Shown: positions 1-9,147 of the stretch, in pieces | Position numbering within the stretch: the first letter of the stretch is position 1 | How the letters are laid out: every line of letters starts with the position of its first letter | DNA from: Candidatus Brocadiia bacterium | Lineage (GTDB): Bacteria > Planctomycetota > Brocadiia > SM23-32 | Reading direction: 5' to 3' | DNA length: 13,783 bases | Assembly: GCA_046538485.1 (NCBI GenBank) | Contig: JBKHIT010000090.1 | Location: forward strand, 1 to 13,783 | Position numbers and translations under genes: made by a program | The notes under the pieces: model-generated | The model's database searches: none | What the model saw: the letters and a program-made list of their open reading frames with translations, nothing else | Told to the model about the DNA's origin: nothing

Positions 1-54
1 GTTTTTCTACTTAAATCGAAGAGGCAACTGTCCAATTCACGCTGAACCAGTACA
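1..54 (-). mobile_element. Terminal inverted repeat / end of a probable IS3-family insertion sequence (continues beyond window)
   Basis: Minus strand reads TGTACTGGTTCAGCGTGAATTGGACAGTT from position 54. This matches the 5'-TG...TTGGACA pattern of IS3-family IRs and begins where ComF-like similarity stops. Confidence 0.7.
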
Positions 55-222
55 GTTCCCCGTCACTCGCGAGGCTGTTAATTCGGGGAAACACCGCTGA
101 CAGAGATACGGATGGCCGTCGGTTTTCAGTGGCTTACCGCAATGATAGCAATGACGCGGATAAAACCAATCCAGAACGGGATCGAGTTTATTCAAAACTG
201 TTTCTTGTAGTTTACCCAGCAC
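37..222 (-). pseudogene. comF: 5' fragment of ComF-family (double zinc ribbon / phosphoribosyltransferase) gene, truncated by IS insertion at about 54
   Basis: LDWFYPRHCYHCG...YLCQRCF is the typical ComF N-terminal zinc ribbon. A GTG start at 222 lies just after the HDAC stop. The frame ends at 37-39 inside the putative IS end, with no PRTase domain. Confidence 0.7.
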
Positions 223-226
223 CGTA

Positions 227-1144
227 TCACTTTTCCCCAAGCCGCCCGGCGTTCTCTGTAACCGCACATACCGTGCCGTAGTGAATCTTTACTGTGTCAT
301 TGAGATCCGGGGCGTAACCTCCCGCGAGCATTACGGCCACAGGTAGTTGCCGCTTACTACATTCCCCCAGCACCAGGTCGTCCCTTTGCCGGAGATCTTT
401 TATTGATAACATCAGAGAACCAAGCTGATCTTTTTCATACGGATCGGCTCCAGCGACGTAGAACACCAGATCCGGATCATGGTTTTCAAAGGCTGGAATT
501 ACATTGGCTTCCAGAGCCTGTAGATATCCCTCTCCCGAACAATAATCGTCCAGCCCTGTATCGCAATCGCTCTGTCGTTTCAGTGGGTAGTTATTTTCCT
601 GGTGAATGCTGAACGTAAAAACCGCCGGATTACCACGGAATATATACGCCGTCCCGTTCCCCTGATGAAGGTCGCAATCGACGATGAGAATTCTTTCTGC
701 GACACCTTCTTCAAGCGCGTTGGCGGCGGCTACGGCCACATCGTTAATGTAGCAGAATCCTTCAGCCTTTGCCGGAAAGGCGTGATGGAATCCACCGGCG
801 AGATTCATCGTCATCGTTTCCTGTTGGGCTGCCAACCTTGCGGCCAACAAGCTGCCGCCGGCGCCGAGGATGAACGCTTCGATAATACCTTTTGAGATCG
901 GCATTTCGCTGGATATGGTCCGCGTGGTATGACGGTAAGAGAACAGATCGTCGAGGTACGCGGGCTCATGCACCAGTTCCAGCTGTTCTCTGGAAGCCGG
1001 TTCAGGTTCAACAAAATCATCCGCTCCCACAACTCCTTCCTCGACCATGCGTTCGTACAGGAGTTCGTATTTTTCCGTACGGAAAACATGCTCACCGATG
1101 TCGCAATAATAGCCGGGAAGATATATGAATTTTGGTTCTGGCAT
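227..1144 (-). CDS. Histone deacetylase family protein (Zn-dependent, HDAC11/class IV-like)
   Basis: Motifs GGFHHA, GFCYIND, DCDLHQGNG, FSIH, AGADP and LAGGY. The ATG at 1144 (MPEPKF) is preceded by AGAAGGG and is preferred over the ORF-track start at 1213. Confidence 0.93.
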   Translation of the reverse strand: MPEPKFIYLPGYYCDIGEHVFRTEKYELLYERMVEEGVVGADDFVEPEPASREQLELVHEPAYLDDLFSYRHTTRTISSEMPISKGIIEAFILGAGGSLLAARLAAQQETMTMNLAGGFHHAFPAKAEGFCYINDVAVAAANALEEGVAERILIVDCDLHQGNGTAYIFRGNPAVFTFSIHQENNYPLKRQSDCDTGLDDYCSGEGYLQALEANVIPAFENHDPDLVFYVAGADPYEKDQLGSLMLSIKDLRQRDDLVLGECSKRQLPVAVMLAGGYAPDLNDTVKIHYGTVCAVTENAGRLGEK

Positions 1145-1441
1145 TGCAGCCCTTCTTGTGCTCAAAAATATTCTCAGCGTGCAAAGTTTAAACGAAAGTC
1201 CAAAGAAGGACAAATCAGCGGAAAATGTCAGTGACCAGTGGAGCGAGAAAAACGGAATGTCGATTTTGCCGATCGGCAGACCCCGCTGAATCGCTATCGT
1301 GCAAGCAAGAGAGATTGACTTTGGAACTGTTTAGCCCAACCTGTAAGCCGAGCTGGACTCGATGAGTCGATGCCTATATGCTATTGTTACGCTGATTCGT
1401 AACGCGGTTCCCGTGGCTGAAAACAGAACGGAGGTATGAAA

Positions 1442-2593
1442 ATGCCTGAAAAAACCTACGGTATTGGAATGCTCGGATGTGGTTTCATCGGCAAAGTGCA
1501 CGCGTACTCTCATCACGTAATGCCATATTACTATGAAGATTTGCCCTGGAATATGCGTTTCGTTGGCGTTTGCACGTCCCGGGACGAGTCGGCCCGGAGC
1601 GCAAAAGAGGAAATCGGTTTTGAGTTTGGGACAACGGAACCGGAAGAGGTCATTAGACACCCCGATGTCGATGTCGTTCATATATGCACACCGAATTCAC
1701 TGCACCTTGACGAACTGCTGTCCGCTATCGACGCCGGGAAGAACCTCTACTGTGATAAGCCCGTGACGTCGAACTGGGAAGAGGCCAAAAAAGTCTTGAA
1801 GGCTCTGGAAAACTATAACGCGACGCATCAAATGACGTTTCACAACCGGTTTTTCCCGGCCACCCTCAGGGCAAAAATGCTCATGGCGGAGAACTTTGTG
1901 GGTGAGGTCACGTGTTTCCGGTGCGAGTATCTCCATTCGGGAAGCGTCGATCCGGATAAGCCACTCGGCTGGAAACTGGATGCCTCGATGGGAGGAGGCG
2001 TGATTAATGATCTGGCAACACACGTGATCGATCTGATACGACACCTGATTGGTGACTTCACGGAGGTCGCGTGTTCGACCCGGATCCTCCATGATACTCG
2101 TCCATCCAGAAAAGACCCCGACAAACGTGTCCCGGTTGAAGCCGAGGATCACGTTATCTTAACTCTGCATCAAGAAAACGGGGCGATCGGAACGATCGAA
2201 GCATCTAAGATCGCGACGGGAATGCAGGACGAATTGCGTTTTGAGATTCATGGCATAAAAGGGGCTCTGCGGTTCAACCTGATGGATCCCAACTGGCTGG
2301 AGATCTACAACCGGGACGATCCCGGCGAGCCCATCGGCGGGAAACGCGGCTGGAAAAAAGTCGAGTGCGTCCAGCGTTATCCCGAACCGGGCGGGAAATG
2401 GCCGGCCACAAAAGCTTCAATCGGATGGTTGCGGGGACACATCGCCAGTCTTTTCAATTTTATGAATTCTTTGCATCGTGCGGAGAAAGCGGAGCCAGGT
2501 CTGGAGGTCGGTGCGGAAATCCAGAGAATCGCCGCTGCTGCCAGAAGAGCGGACGAGTCCGGCCGCGTCGTACAAATCGGTGATATCCAATAA
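1442..2593 (+). CDS. Gfo/Idh/MocA family NAD(P)-dependent oxidoreductase
   Basis: Rossmann motif GMLGCGFIG, ICTPNxLH, CDKP (EKP variant) and GGGVINDLATHVID. SD GGAGGT at 1430-1435 favours the ATG at 1442; 1436 is an alternative start. Confidence 0.93.
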   Translation: MPEKTYGIGMLGCGFIGKVHAYSHHVMPYYYEDLPWNMRFVGVCTSRDESARSAKEEIGFEFGTTEPEEVIRHPDVDVVHICTPNSLHLDELLSAIDAGKNLYCDKPVTSNWEEAKKVLKALENYNATHQMTFHNRFFPATLRAKMLMAENFVGEVTCFRCEYLHSGSVDPDKPLGWKLDASMGGGVINDLATHVIDLIRHLIGDFTEVACSTRILHDTRPSRKDPDKRVPVEAEDHVILTLHQENGAIGTIEASKIATGMQDELRFEIHGIKGALRFNLMDPNWLEIYNRDDPGEPIGGKRGWKKVECVQRYPEPGGKWPATKASIGWLRGHIASLFNFMNSLHRAEKAEPGLEVGAEIQRIAAAARRADESGRVVQIGDIQ

Positions 2594-2603
2594 CAGGAGT
2601 CCC

Positions 2604-4037
2604 TTACGTCCCTTCCGCCTCTTGCCGTTCCTCTTGCAACACCGACAGTGGCTCGGGCTGAAAATCGTCCGGCAGGTGGCGCACAAGTTCCTCTTCATTG
2701 GCCGCAAAACGCGGATCAATTTCAACCTGTCCGGAAGACTTTTCGACGGGTGTCGTGTCGATACCTGCATTTTCAAGCCACCGCAGCCATTCCTGGCGAA
2801 GCAGTTTGCGGCAACTCTCCGGGCTGTCGGAGCCCTCAGCGTTTTTAACTGGAGCAAATTCGCGTTCGCGACGGGCTTCCACAAATGCACAATCGCTGAC
2901 ATGGGGCAGACAATCAAAGACGAACTTCTCGAACTTATAACATTCGCCCGGGCGGGCGTTGCCGTTTTCATCGAGATGTTCGTAATTCTTCCGGGCCACA
3001 TGCCAGGGGAGGGCGTCGTTCCGCCTGCCTATCTCGAGCGCGAACTCTGTATCGATAATGTGGACGGCGATGCTGCCGAATTTATAAAGGAGTTCCCCAT
3101 CCTTATCTGTCTGCTCGGCCAATTCATCCGGCAGATCGATGTATTCGATGATACCCGGTTGGTCGTTTTTCAGGACGGCGATCCCCAGGCCTTCCGACGG
3201 ATCGCGTTTGGGGATGACTTTGCAGGAAAAATCCGCATGCCGTCGCAGATGATGTCCTACGTACCTCTCGTCAGCAACCGTCACGAGCGGATTGTCGACC
3301 TGGAAATAACTGACTAAATCGAAACCCCTTTTGAGGAGATCTTCGGCGAGGCCACTTTCCGACAGCGCTGAGAAGACCCCGCCGTGTCCGTCGGGCCCTA
3401 CGAGCAATTTGCCTTTGTTTTTTAGCAGAAGTTGCCCGTCCTTACCCAGGATGGGATTGGTATTTTGGGAAAAGAAATGGACCGTATCTTTGCCCAGTCC
3501 AAAATAGTTTTTCGTTTCAAAGAAGTCTCTTGTCTGGTCATCGTTTGTCGGACTGGTCATTACAAGCCAGGGGATGGGAGTGTCGTATCGGCGCCGAGCG
3601 GCAAGGACTTTGCCAGCCAAAACGTGGAAAAGGCTTTTTCCGGTGACAGGCATTATAGGGTAGGCGCCTTTGGGGCCATCATAGCCGAGCCGCGTTCCCT
3701 GGCCGCCTGCCACCACGAGCGCGGCCACACGACCGGCTTCAAAAGCCTCATGGCCGAGGGCTGCAACATCCTCTTCTATCTTTTTTTCTTCAGCTGTTTG
3801 CGGCAACGTGTTGACCGGGGCCGGTTCGACCTCTTCAAAGCTAATCTCTTCTCCGGATCTGCCGATTTGTTGAGTAAGCCGTGAGACTTTGCCGAAATCG
3901 ATGTTTTTCAGTTGGCTCAGCAGCTGCTGTTTTTGTTCCGATGACAGATCGTCAATCCATTTCAGGACATGGTCCTGCCCGGCGGAGCGGACTCTTTGGA
4001 TGGTTTTTTGCTGTTTTTCAGAGGGTTTTTGGGACAT
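2604..4037 (-). CDS. UDPGP type 1 family nucleotidyltransferase, eukaryote-like UDP-N-acetylglucosamine pyrophosphorylase (UAP1-like)
   Basis: Motifs AGGQGTRLGYDGPKG, PDGHGG, QVDNPL, IEY, KFEKFVFD and EFAPVKNA. SD GGAGG lies upstream of the ATG. Confidence 0.93.
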   Translation of the reverse strand: MSQKPSEKQQKTIQRVRSAGQDHVLKWIDDLSSEQKQQLLSQLKNIDFGKVSRLTQQIGRSGEEISFEEVEPAPVNTLPQTAEEKKIEEDVAALGHEAFEAGRVAALVVAGGQGTRLGYDGPKGAYPIMPVTGKSLFHVLAGKVLAARRRYDTPIPWLVMTSPTNDDQTRDFFETKNYFGLGKDTVHFFSQNTNPILGKDGQLLLKNKGKLLVGPDGHGGVFSALSESGLAEDLLKRGFDLVSYFQVDNPLVTVADERYVGHHLRRHADFSCKVIPKRDPSEGLGIAVLKNDQPGIIEYIDLPDELAEQTDKDGELLYKFGSIAVHIIDTEFALEIGRRNDALPWHVARKNYEHLDENGNARPGECYKFEKFVFDCLPHVSDCAFVEARREREFAPVKNAEGSDSPESCRKLLRQEWLRWLENAGIDTTPVEKSSGQVEIDPRFAANEEELVRHLPDDFQPEPLSVLQEERQEAEGT

Positions 4038-4068
4038 GGGACCTCCGCTATCACAAGTTACAGGATTC

Positions 4069-4095
4069 TAGCCTGCATCTTACGGATGCAGGCTA
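4069..4095. repeat. Perfect 11-bp inverted repeat (hairpin) upstream of the pyrophosphorylase gene
   Basis: TAGCCTGCATC-ttacg-GATGCAGGCTA. Confidence 0.6.
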
Positions 4096-4468
4096 TGTAA
4101 AACGGCGCATGCCGTTTAAAAACATTGTAGCGTTCGCCTCGTTGCTGATCACTGATTTTAAGTTGTCAGATTTATGCGCCGTTTGTTTTTAGCTCGGATT
4201 TTTGGCTGAGAAGGGTTGTGAACGGTGTCCAATAAAGATTCTGCCCTGACTTGACAAAAAGGGCGTCCAATTATCCGTAAAATCCGGGCTAGTGTATCTG
4301 CTTCCCCCCGCGCACTCAATCAAATGCGCCGCCCGTGTGCCAGCCCGTCCGTGTCAACTCGTGCCCCTCCGGGTGCAACGTCCGTCAGTGCTTGACAGCT
4401 ACGGCCTTCCCTCCGTAGCATACTGACCGCCCGCTGGATATTCCTCAGGACTTTTTAAAAGAAAAATT

Positions 4469-5749
4469 ATGCTCGATATTAACCTTATACGAGAAAAACC
4501 CGATGATGTCAGGAAGGCCATGGAGAAAGTCGGCGCTGATCCCGAGCTGATCAATCGCATTCTGGCTTTGGACGAACAGTGGCGAGACTTAGTCTCCGAG
4601 AGTGAGGATCTTAAAGCGAAACGCAATCGTGACTCTGATAAGGTTCGGACGGCCAAAGATGACGACGAGCGTCAGCAGCTGATACAGGAACTCCGTGAAC
4701 TGGGCGACCGGATCGATAAACTCGATGAGCAAGCCGAAGAACTTCGGCAGGAACTCGATGAATTAATGCTCAATGTGCCGAATATGCCACACGAGGATGC
4801 GCCGGCAGGGGAGGACGAGAGCGAGAATGTGGTCCGCCGTGTCGAAGGCGAAAAGCCTGAGTTTGGGTTTAATCCCAAACCGCACTGGGAACTGGGGCCG
4901 GAACTCCAGATTTTGGATTTCGAGAGGGGGGTCAAGCTCAGTGGTTCCCGTTTCTACGTGCTCAAAGGACAGGGGGCAAGGCTCCAGCGTGCGCTTATCG
5001 CGTGGATGCTGGATCTGCACACCAGCGAGCACGGTTACCAGGAGGTCTATCCGCCAGCAATCGTGCAGTCGAAATGTCTCGTGGGGACGGGCAATCTTCC
5101 GAAATTCGCCGAAAATCTCTATCACGACGCCGAGGAAGATTTCTGGCTGGTGCCAACCGCCGAGGTGCCGCTGACGAACCTCCACCGTGAGGAGATCCTT
5201 GAAGGAGATGATCTGCCTCTGTATTACACGGCTTACACCCCGTGTTTCCGGCGCGAGAAGATGAAAGCTGGAACGGATGTCCGCGGTATCAAACGCGGGC
5301 ACCAGTTCGAGAAAGTAGAATTGATGAAATACGTCCGTCCCGAGAACTCGGACGCGGAGCTGAAAAAACTTATCGCGGATGCCGAGGAAGTCTGCCAGGG
5401 GCTTGGCCTTCCGTACCGCATTGTGGAAATGTGCACGGGAGATTTGAGTTTCGTCGCGGCCCGTAAGTTTGATATCGAGGTCTGGGCGGCCGGTTGTGGG
5501 GAATGGCTGGAGGTCAGCTCTTGCAGCAACATGCGTGGTTTCCAGGCACGACGCGCAATGATTCGCTATCGCCCCGGTCCGCAGGAGAAACCCGAGTTCG
5601 TTCACACTTTGAACGGCTCAGGTCTGGCTCTCCCTCGGGTGATGATTGCGGTCATGGAAAATTATCAGCAACCGGACGGCAGCATCGAGATCCCCGAGGT
5701 TCTGCAACCGTACATCGGGGGAATGAAAGAAATTGAGCCCGAGGGCTGA
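4469..5749 (+). CDS. serS: Serine--tRNA ligase
   Basis: MLDI start, N-terminal coiled-coil arm, LVPTAEVPL, motif 2 CFRRE...RGHQFEKVE, EVSSCSN and motif 3 HTLNGSGLA.PR. Confidence 0.98.
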   Translation: MLDINLIREKPDDVRKAMEKVGADPELINRILALDEQWRDLVSESEDLKAKRNRDSDKVRTAKDDDERQQLIQELRELGDRIDKLDEQAEELRQELDELMLNVPNMPHEDAPAGEDESENVVRRVEGEKPEFGFNPKPHWELGPELQILDFERGVKLSGSRFYVLKGQGARLQRALIAWMLDLHTSEHGYQEVYPPAIVQSKCLVGTGNLPKFAENLYHDAEEDFWLVPTAEVPLTNLHREEILEGDDLPLYYTAYTPCFRREKMKAGTDVRGIKRGHQFEKVELMKYVRPENSDAELKKLIADAEEVCQGLGLPYRIVEMCTGDLSFVAARKFDIEVWAAGCGEWLEVSSCSNMRGFQARRAMIRYRPGPQEKPEFVHTLNGSGLALPRVMIAVMENYQQPDGSIEIPEVLQPYIGGMKEIEPEG

Positions 5750-5858
5750 GCGGCCTTGTGTCTCGGCAGAAGCCAGTTACCATTCAGAAGATTATCCCGC
5801 GGCCGAGTGTTGGGGTGGTGCTGGCTACATTTAGCTGTGAGTTCAGAGGAAGAATATA

Positions 5859-8800
5859 ATGAAAAAATGGATGATCTTTGCATTTGTTCTGTTTGTGTCG
5901 GTGATGACTCTGACTGCTAAAGAAGGCAGCGACAAGTGGCCTGAAGTCCTCACGATTGACAATTTTGAAGACGGCATCGAGCGGTGGAAAAACGAGGATA
6001 CAGGCAAGCTGGAATCGCTGAAGGATGCAGTGCAGGGCGAAAGAGCCATGCGGTGGACGGCGGCAGACGATGGGCTCGGCCACATCATCTTCCGGAACCT
6101 GAAACGCGAAGAGATCGACTTCAGTCAATACGATCTGCTGGTGTGCGAGGTGAAGATCGCCGGTAAGCCCATCTGGAACCTAAACCCCATCGTCCAGCAG
6201 CGCCCGGCCGTCTACGGTTTCCGGGGGCTCTACTACAGTATCGACAGACTTCATCCGTTCGGCCGGTGGTTCACGCTCTCGCAGGATCTGAGCCGATGGG
6301 AGAATGCCTGGCCGGACTCCTACAACGCCACCAATCAGGAGTTCCAATTCGAGGTGCATCAACTCGCCGGGCCCGGGTCGACCCAGATCTATCTCGATAA
6401 CATCCGGCTGATGAAGAACCCGCTCGCCCTCCGCCCTTCCTATCCCGGGAAGTGGTTGCAGCAGCCTGACGGATCGCAGTTGACAGAGTTTGCGATTCCG
6501 CTTGAAAATACCGGAGAGAAAGCTCTGACGGTCCAGACATCCGTGGCTCAGGGCGGGACGCTGGACCGGTTCAAGGTTGAACTGCCGGATCCAGTGGAGG
6601 TCTCCCCCACAGATTCTTCATCGGAGGAGGCCCGCCGGACACTCCGCATTCGGATTAAGGCACCCGCCCCGATGATCGATGAGGTTACCCCGTGGTATGG
6701 TGAGACGGCCCGGATTGCCGTGACTGCCAAAGAGGCACCCGGACTGGTCCTCTACACCGACCTGGCCGCAGGCACGAAACCGGCCCGGCTCGAGCACCCG
6801 TCCATCGTCTGCTCGCCCGAACGGATGGCGGATCTGCGGAAACGTTACTCATCCGAGGATTCCCGCAAAAAGATGAAGCGGGCGTTTCGTAACATCGCCA
6901 GGCGGGGCGAGCAGGCGCTGTCCTATAAGCCGGAGTATCCCCCCGTCGCGGCGCAGGGACGCACCAAGGACCCGATCTCGGGGAAAAGGCTGGTGGAAAT
7001 CGACGTGCCCAACCGCCCCCAGCGGGTTTATCAAGATCCATCCTCGGGGCGTTCCTATTCGGGGCCGCTCTACGATGCGGGCATGCAGGGATGGAAGCAG
7101 AAACATCTGAAGAACGCGGCCGTCACTAAATCTTTAGGACTTGCTTTCGTGGTCACGGGACGCCGGGAATTCGCCGAGAAGGCGGCGGCAATTTTGCGGC
7201 CCTATATCAAGGTTTATCCCGATCTTCCCCTCATCGCCCCCAGGCAGGGGAGTCCGGTCGGGAGCGTCACCTCCGGCACCGTACCCATCGGTAGCACTTA
7301 CATGCGGGAACGGACCTGGCTCACTTCCATGGCCATCGGTCTGGACTGCATACGCCCGGCCGGCGTGCTCTCAGCAGAAGATCTTCGGGGTCTGGCGGAA
7401 AATGTGTTCAGCCCCTCAGCCCACAATATGATGGATCACAAGGTGGGGCCGATGAATCTGCAGTGGATGATTCAATCCGCCTCGCTGATGGCGGGGCTGG
7501 CGGCGGAACTCCCCGACGTGACCGCACGGGCACTGCACGATTCTCACGGGATCGTCCGGCTGACCGAGGTGGGGTTCCTGGATGACGGCAACTGGTGGGA
7601 GAATCCCAGCTACCAGAACGTGGCGAAGATCGCCGCCTACCCGGCGCTGGTGACCGCCATCCACAATGAAATCATCCCGTGGAACGAGCGCTTCCAGACA
7701 ATCCTTAAGGCATCCTACAAGCTTTACGGTCCCGATGGACGGAGTCCAACTCTGGGAACGGGCGGATGGACCAGCTACGGGATGGATAATGCGGCAATCG
7801 CCGCTCTGGCCGAGTGGATCACCGATCCCGAACTGGCCTGGGTGGCCTACAACCGCAAACCCCGTCCCCATCGAAATATTGGTCTCCTGGCGCTGTTCCG
7901 GGATGGCAAACCGCGCGTGCCGGAGGGAAAAGCTGTCAGCCCTATCCCCGACAAAACCACACTGGCCCCGGACTACGGCGGGATCTCGCTACGCATCCCC
8001 GGAACCGATCGCTACTCCTATTTCCATTTCGGGCGTGAGCTGACGCACGGCCACCATAACAAACTCTCCATCAACGCCTACGGCAAGAAAGGGTGGTACG
8101 CTCGCAACGTCATGGGCGGCTACGGGCATAACTTCGACGATTTCCTCCAGACCAGCGCCAGCGCTTCAAGCATCATGGTCGACGGCGCGGACGCCGACCA
8201 TGACACCGGCGAGTTGCTGTTCCACGGGTCGATAGCAGGAACTGAGGTTGCGTCGGGTCGGGAGATCGGCGCATGGAAGGACGTGGAGCACGAACGGACG
8301 CTGGTCCTGACGGAATCGATGCTGATCGTGATCGATCGCTGCCTGAGCGAAAGTAAACACGTCTACGATTGGCTCCACCACACCAACCGTTGCGGGTTGA
8401 AGCTGGACAAAACAAACGTGGGCAAACCCCGCATCGAACGATTTGGCAAATCCGTGCACTACGACTCGCTCCCACCGACCGGTCGTTTCACCGACAACCG
8501 ACCCGCCCGCTGGGACCGGGAAAACGGCAGCGGGCTTCTGACGGCTTCCCTTCCGGTCGGCACTCGATACGTCACACGGATCACGCACACATATCGTAAC
8601 CACGACAGCATTCTGTGGCGGCAGACGGGCAAGACGATGCGTTTTGCCGCCGCGTTCCGGCCGCTGGGCAAAGGCGAGAGCGGAAAGGTGCAGATCGAGA
8701 GTGTGCCGGTGGTGGACGCAGCCGGAAAGAAGGTGGGGCTGGAAGATGGTCAGGCCGTGCAGGCTCGCTCCGATCGCGAGACGCTCACCGTACTGGTCAA

Positions 8801-8873
8801 CTATTCCGGCAACCGTCTCAATGCGGGTCCCGTAAGCACAAAACAGCGCGTGGGCGTGAAGAGAGAAAAATAG
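5859..8873 (+). CDS. Secreted heparinase II/III-like / alginate-lyase-like polysaccharide lyase with N-terminal carbohydrate-binding-like domain
   Basis: Signal peptide MKKWMIFAFVLFVSVMTLTA. The N-terminal beta-sandwich-like domain runs IDNFED...IYLDNIRL. The helical domain has AAAILRPY and DDGNWWE. The C-terminal Hepar_II_III-like region has HGHHNKLSI...IMVDG. SD GAGGA is present. Confidence 0.75.
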   Translation: MKKWMIFAFVLFVSVMTLTAKEGSDKWPEVLTIDNFEDGIERWKNEDTGKLESLKDAVQGERAMRWTAADDGLGHIIFRNLKREEIDFSQYDLLVCEVKIAGKPIWNLNPIVQQRPAVYGFRGLYYSIDRLHPFGRWFTLSQDLSRWENAWPDSYNATNQEFQFEVHQLAGPGSTQIYLDNIRLMKNPLALRPSYPGKWLQQPDGSQLTEFAIPLENTGEKALTVQTSVAQGGTLDRFKVELPDPVEVSPTDSSSEEARRTLRIRIKAPAPMIDEVTPWYGETARIAVTAKEAPGLVLYTDLAAGTKPARLEHPSIVCSPERMADLRKRYSSEDSRKKMKRAFRNIARRGEQALSYKPEYPPVAAQGRTKDPISGKRLVEIDVPNRPQRVYQDPSSGRSYSGPLYDAGMQGWKQKHLKNAAVTKSLGLAFVVTGRREFAEKAAAILRPYIKVYPDLPLIAPRQGSPVGSVTSGTVPIGSTYMRERTWLTSMAIGLDCIRPAGVLSAEDLRGLAENVFSPSAHNMMDHKVGPMNLQWMIQSASLMAGLAAELPDVTARALHDSHGIVRLTEVGFLDDGNWWENPSYQNVAKIAAYPALVTAIHNEIIPWNERFQTILKASYKLYGPDGRSPTLGTGGWTSYGMDNAAIAALAEWITDPELAWVAYNRKPRPHRNIGLLALFRDGKPRVPEGKAVSPIPDKTTLAPDYGGISLRIPGTDRYSYFHFGRELTHGHHNKLSINAYGKKGWYARNVMGGYGHNFDDFLQTSASASSIMVDGADADHDTGELLFHGSIAGTEVASGREIGAWKDVEHERTLVLTESMLIVIDRCLSESKHVYDWLHHTNRCGLKLDKTNVGKPRIERFGKSVHYDSLPPTGRFTDNRPARWDRENGSGLLTASLPVGTRYVTRITHTYRNHDSILWRQTGKTMRFAAAFRPLGKGESGKVQIESVPVVDAAGKKVGLEDGQAVQARSDRETLTVLVNYSGNRLNAGPVSTKQRVGVKREK

Positions 8874-8951
8874 CCCGGGCATCGTATTGACGAGCTTTGG
8901 GACAAAGTGGAAGGTGTTTGTAGCCCGACTTTGGATCGCAGCCGGAGTGGA

Positions 8952-9147
8952 ATCTTCTTCACCTGCCGGACAAGCCGGCAGGGGCCGTTTGTTTTGGGGC
9001 ACGGATTTCTAGCCCACGAATCTGCGTCTCCTGCCACTCAAGGTGGCAGGGGGACGATAGCCTCGTACCGCCGGCGAGAGAAATTGGCCGGTTAGAGAAT
9101 GGCCGCCAGGCGCAGCCGCGACCCCCGCGGCCTCGCGCCGCGGGTGA
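8952..9147 (+). repeat. 196-bp direct repeat copy 1 (hairpins H1, H2, H3)
   Basis: Identical by eye to 10007-10202 (offset 1055). Confidence 0.95.

Noticed and set aside
2478..3317. 279-aa plus-strand ORF
   Set aside because: Antisense shadow of the pyrophosphorylase with no recognisable motifs.
4251..4283. sigma70 promoter for serS (TTGACA ... TAAAAT)
   Set aside because: The spacer is 21 nt, too long to call.
4190..4468. tRNA or T-box leader upstream of serS
   Set aside because: No cloverleaf/TTCGA arm or T-box consensus visible.
4763..5605. 280-aa minus-strand ORF
   Set aside because: Antisense shadow of serS.
8962..8995. H1 as a simple intrinsic terminator
   Set aside because: The T-tract is interrupted and offset from the stem, and H1 belongs to the repeated hairpin family. 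A secondary terminator role is not excluded.
8166..9002. 278-aa minus-strand ORF
   Set aside because: Antisense to the lyase in GC-rich DNA and starts inside the repeat.
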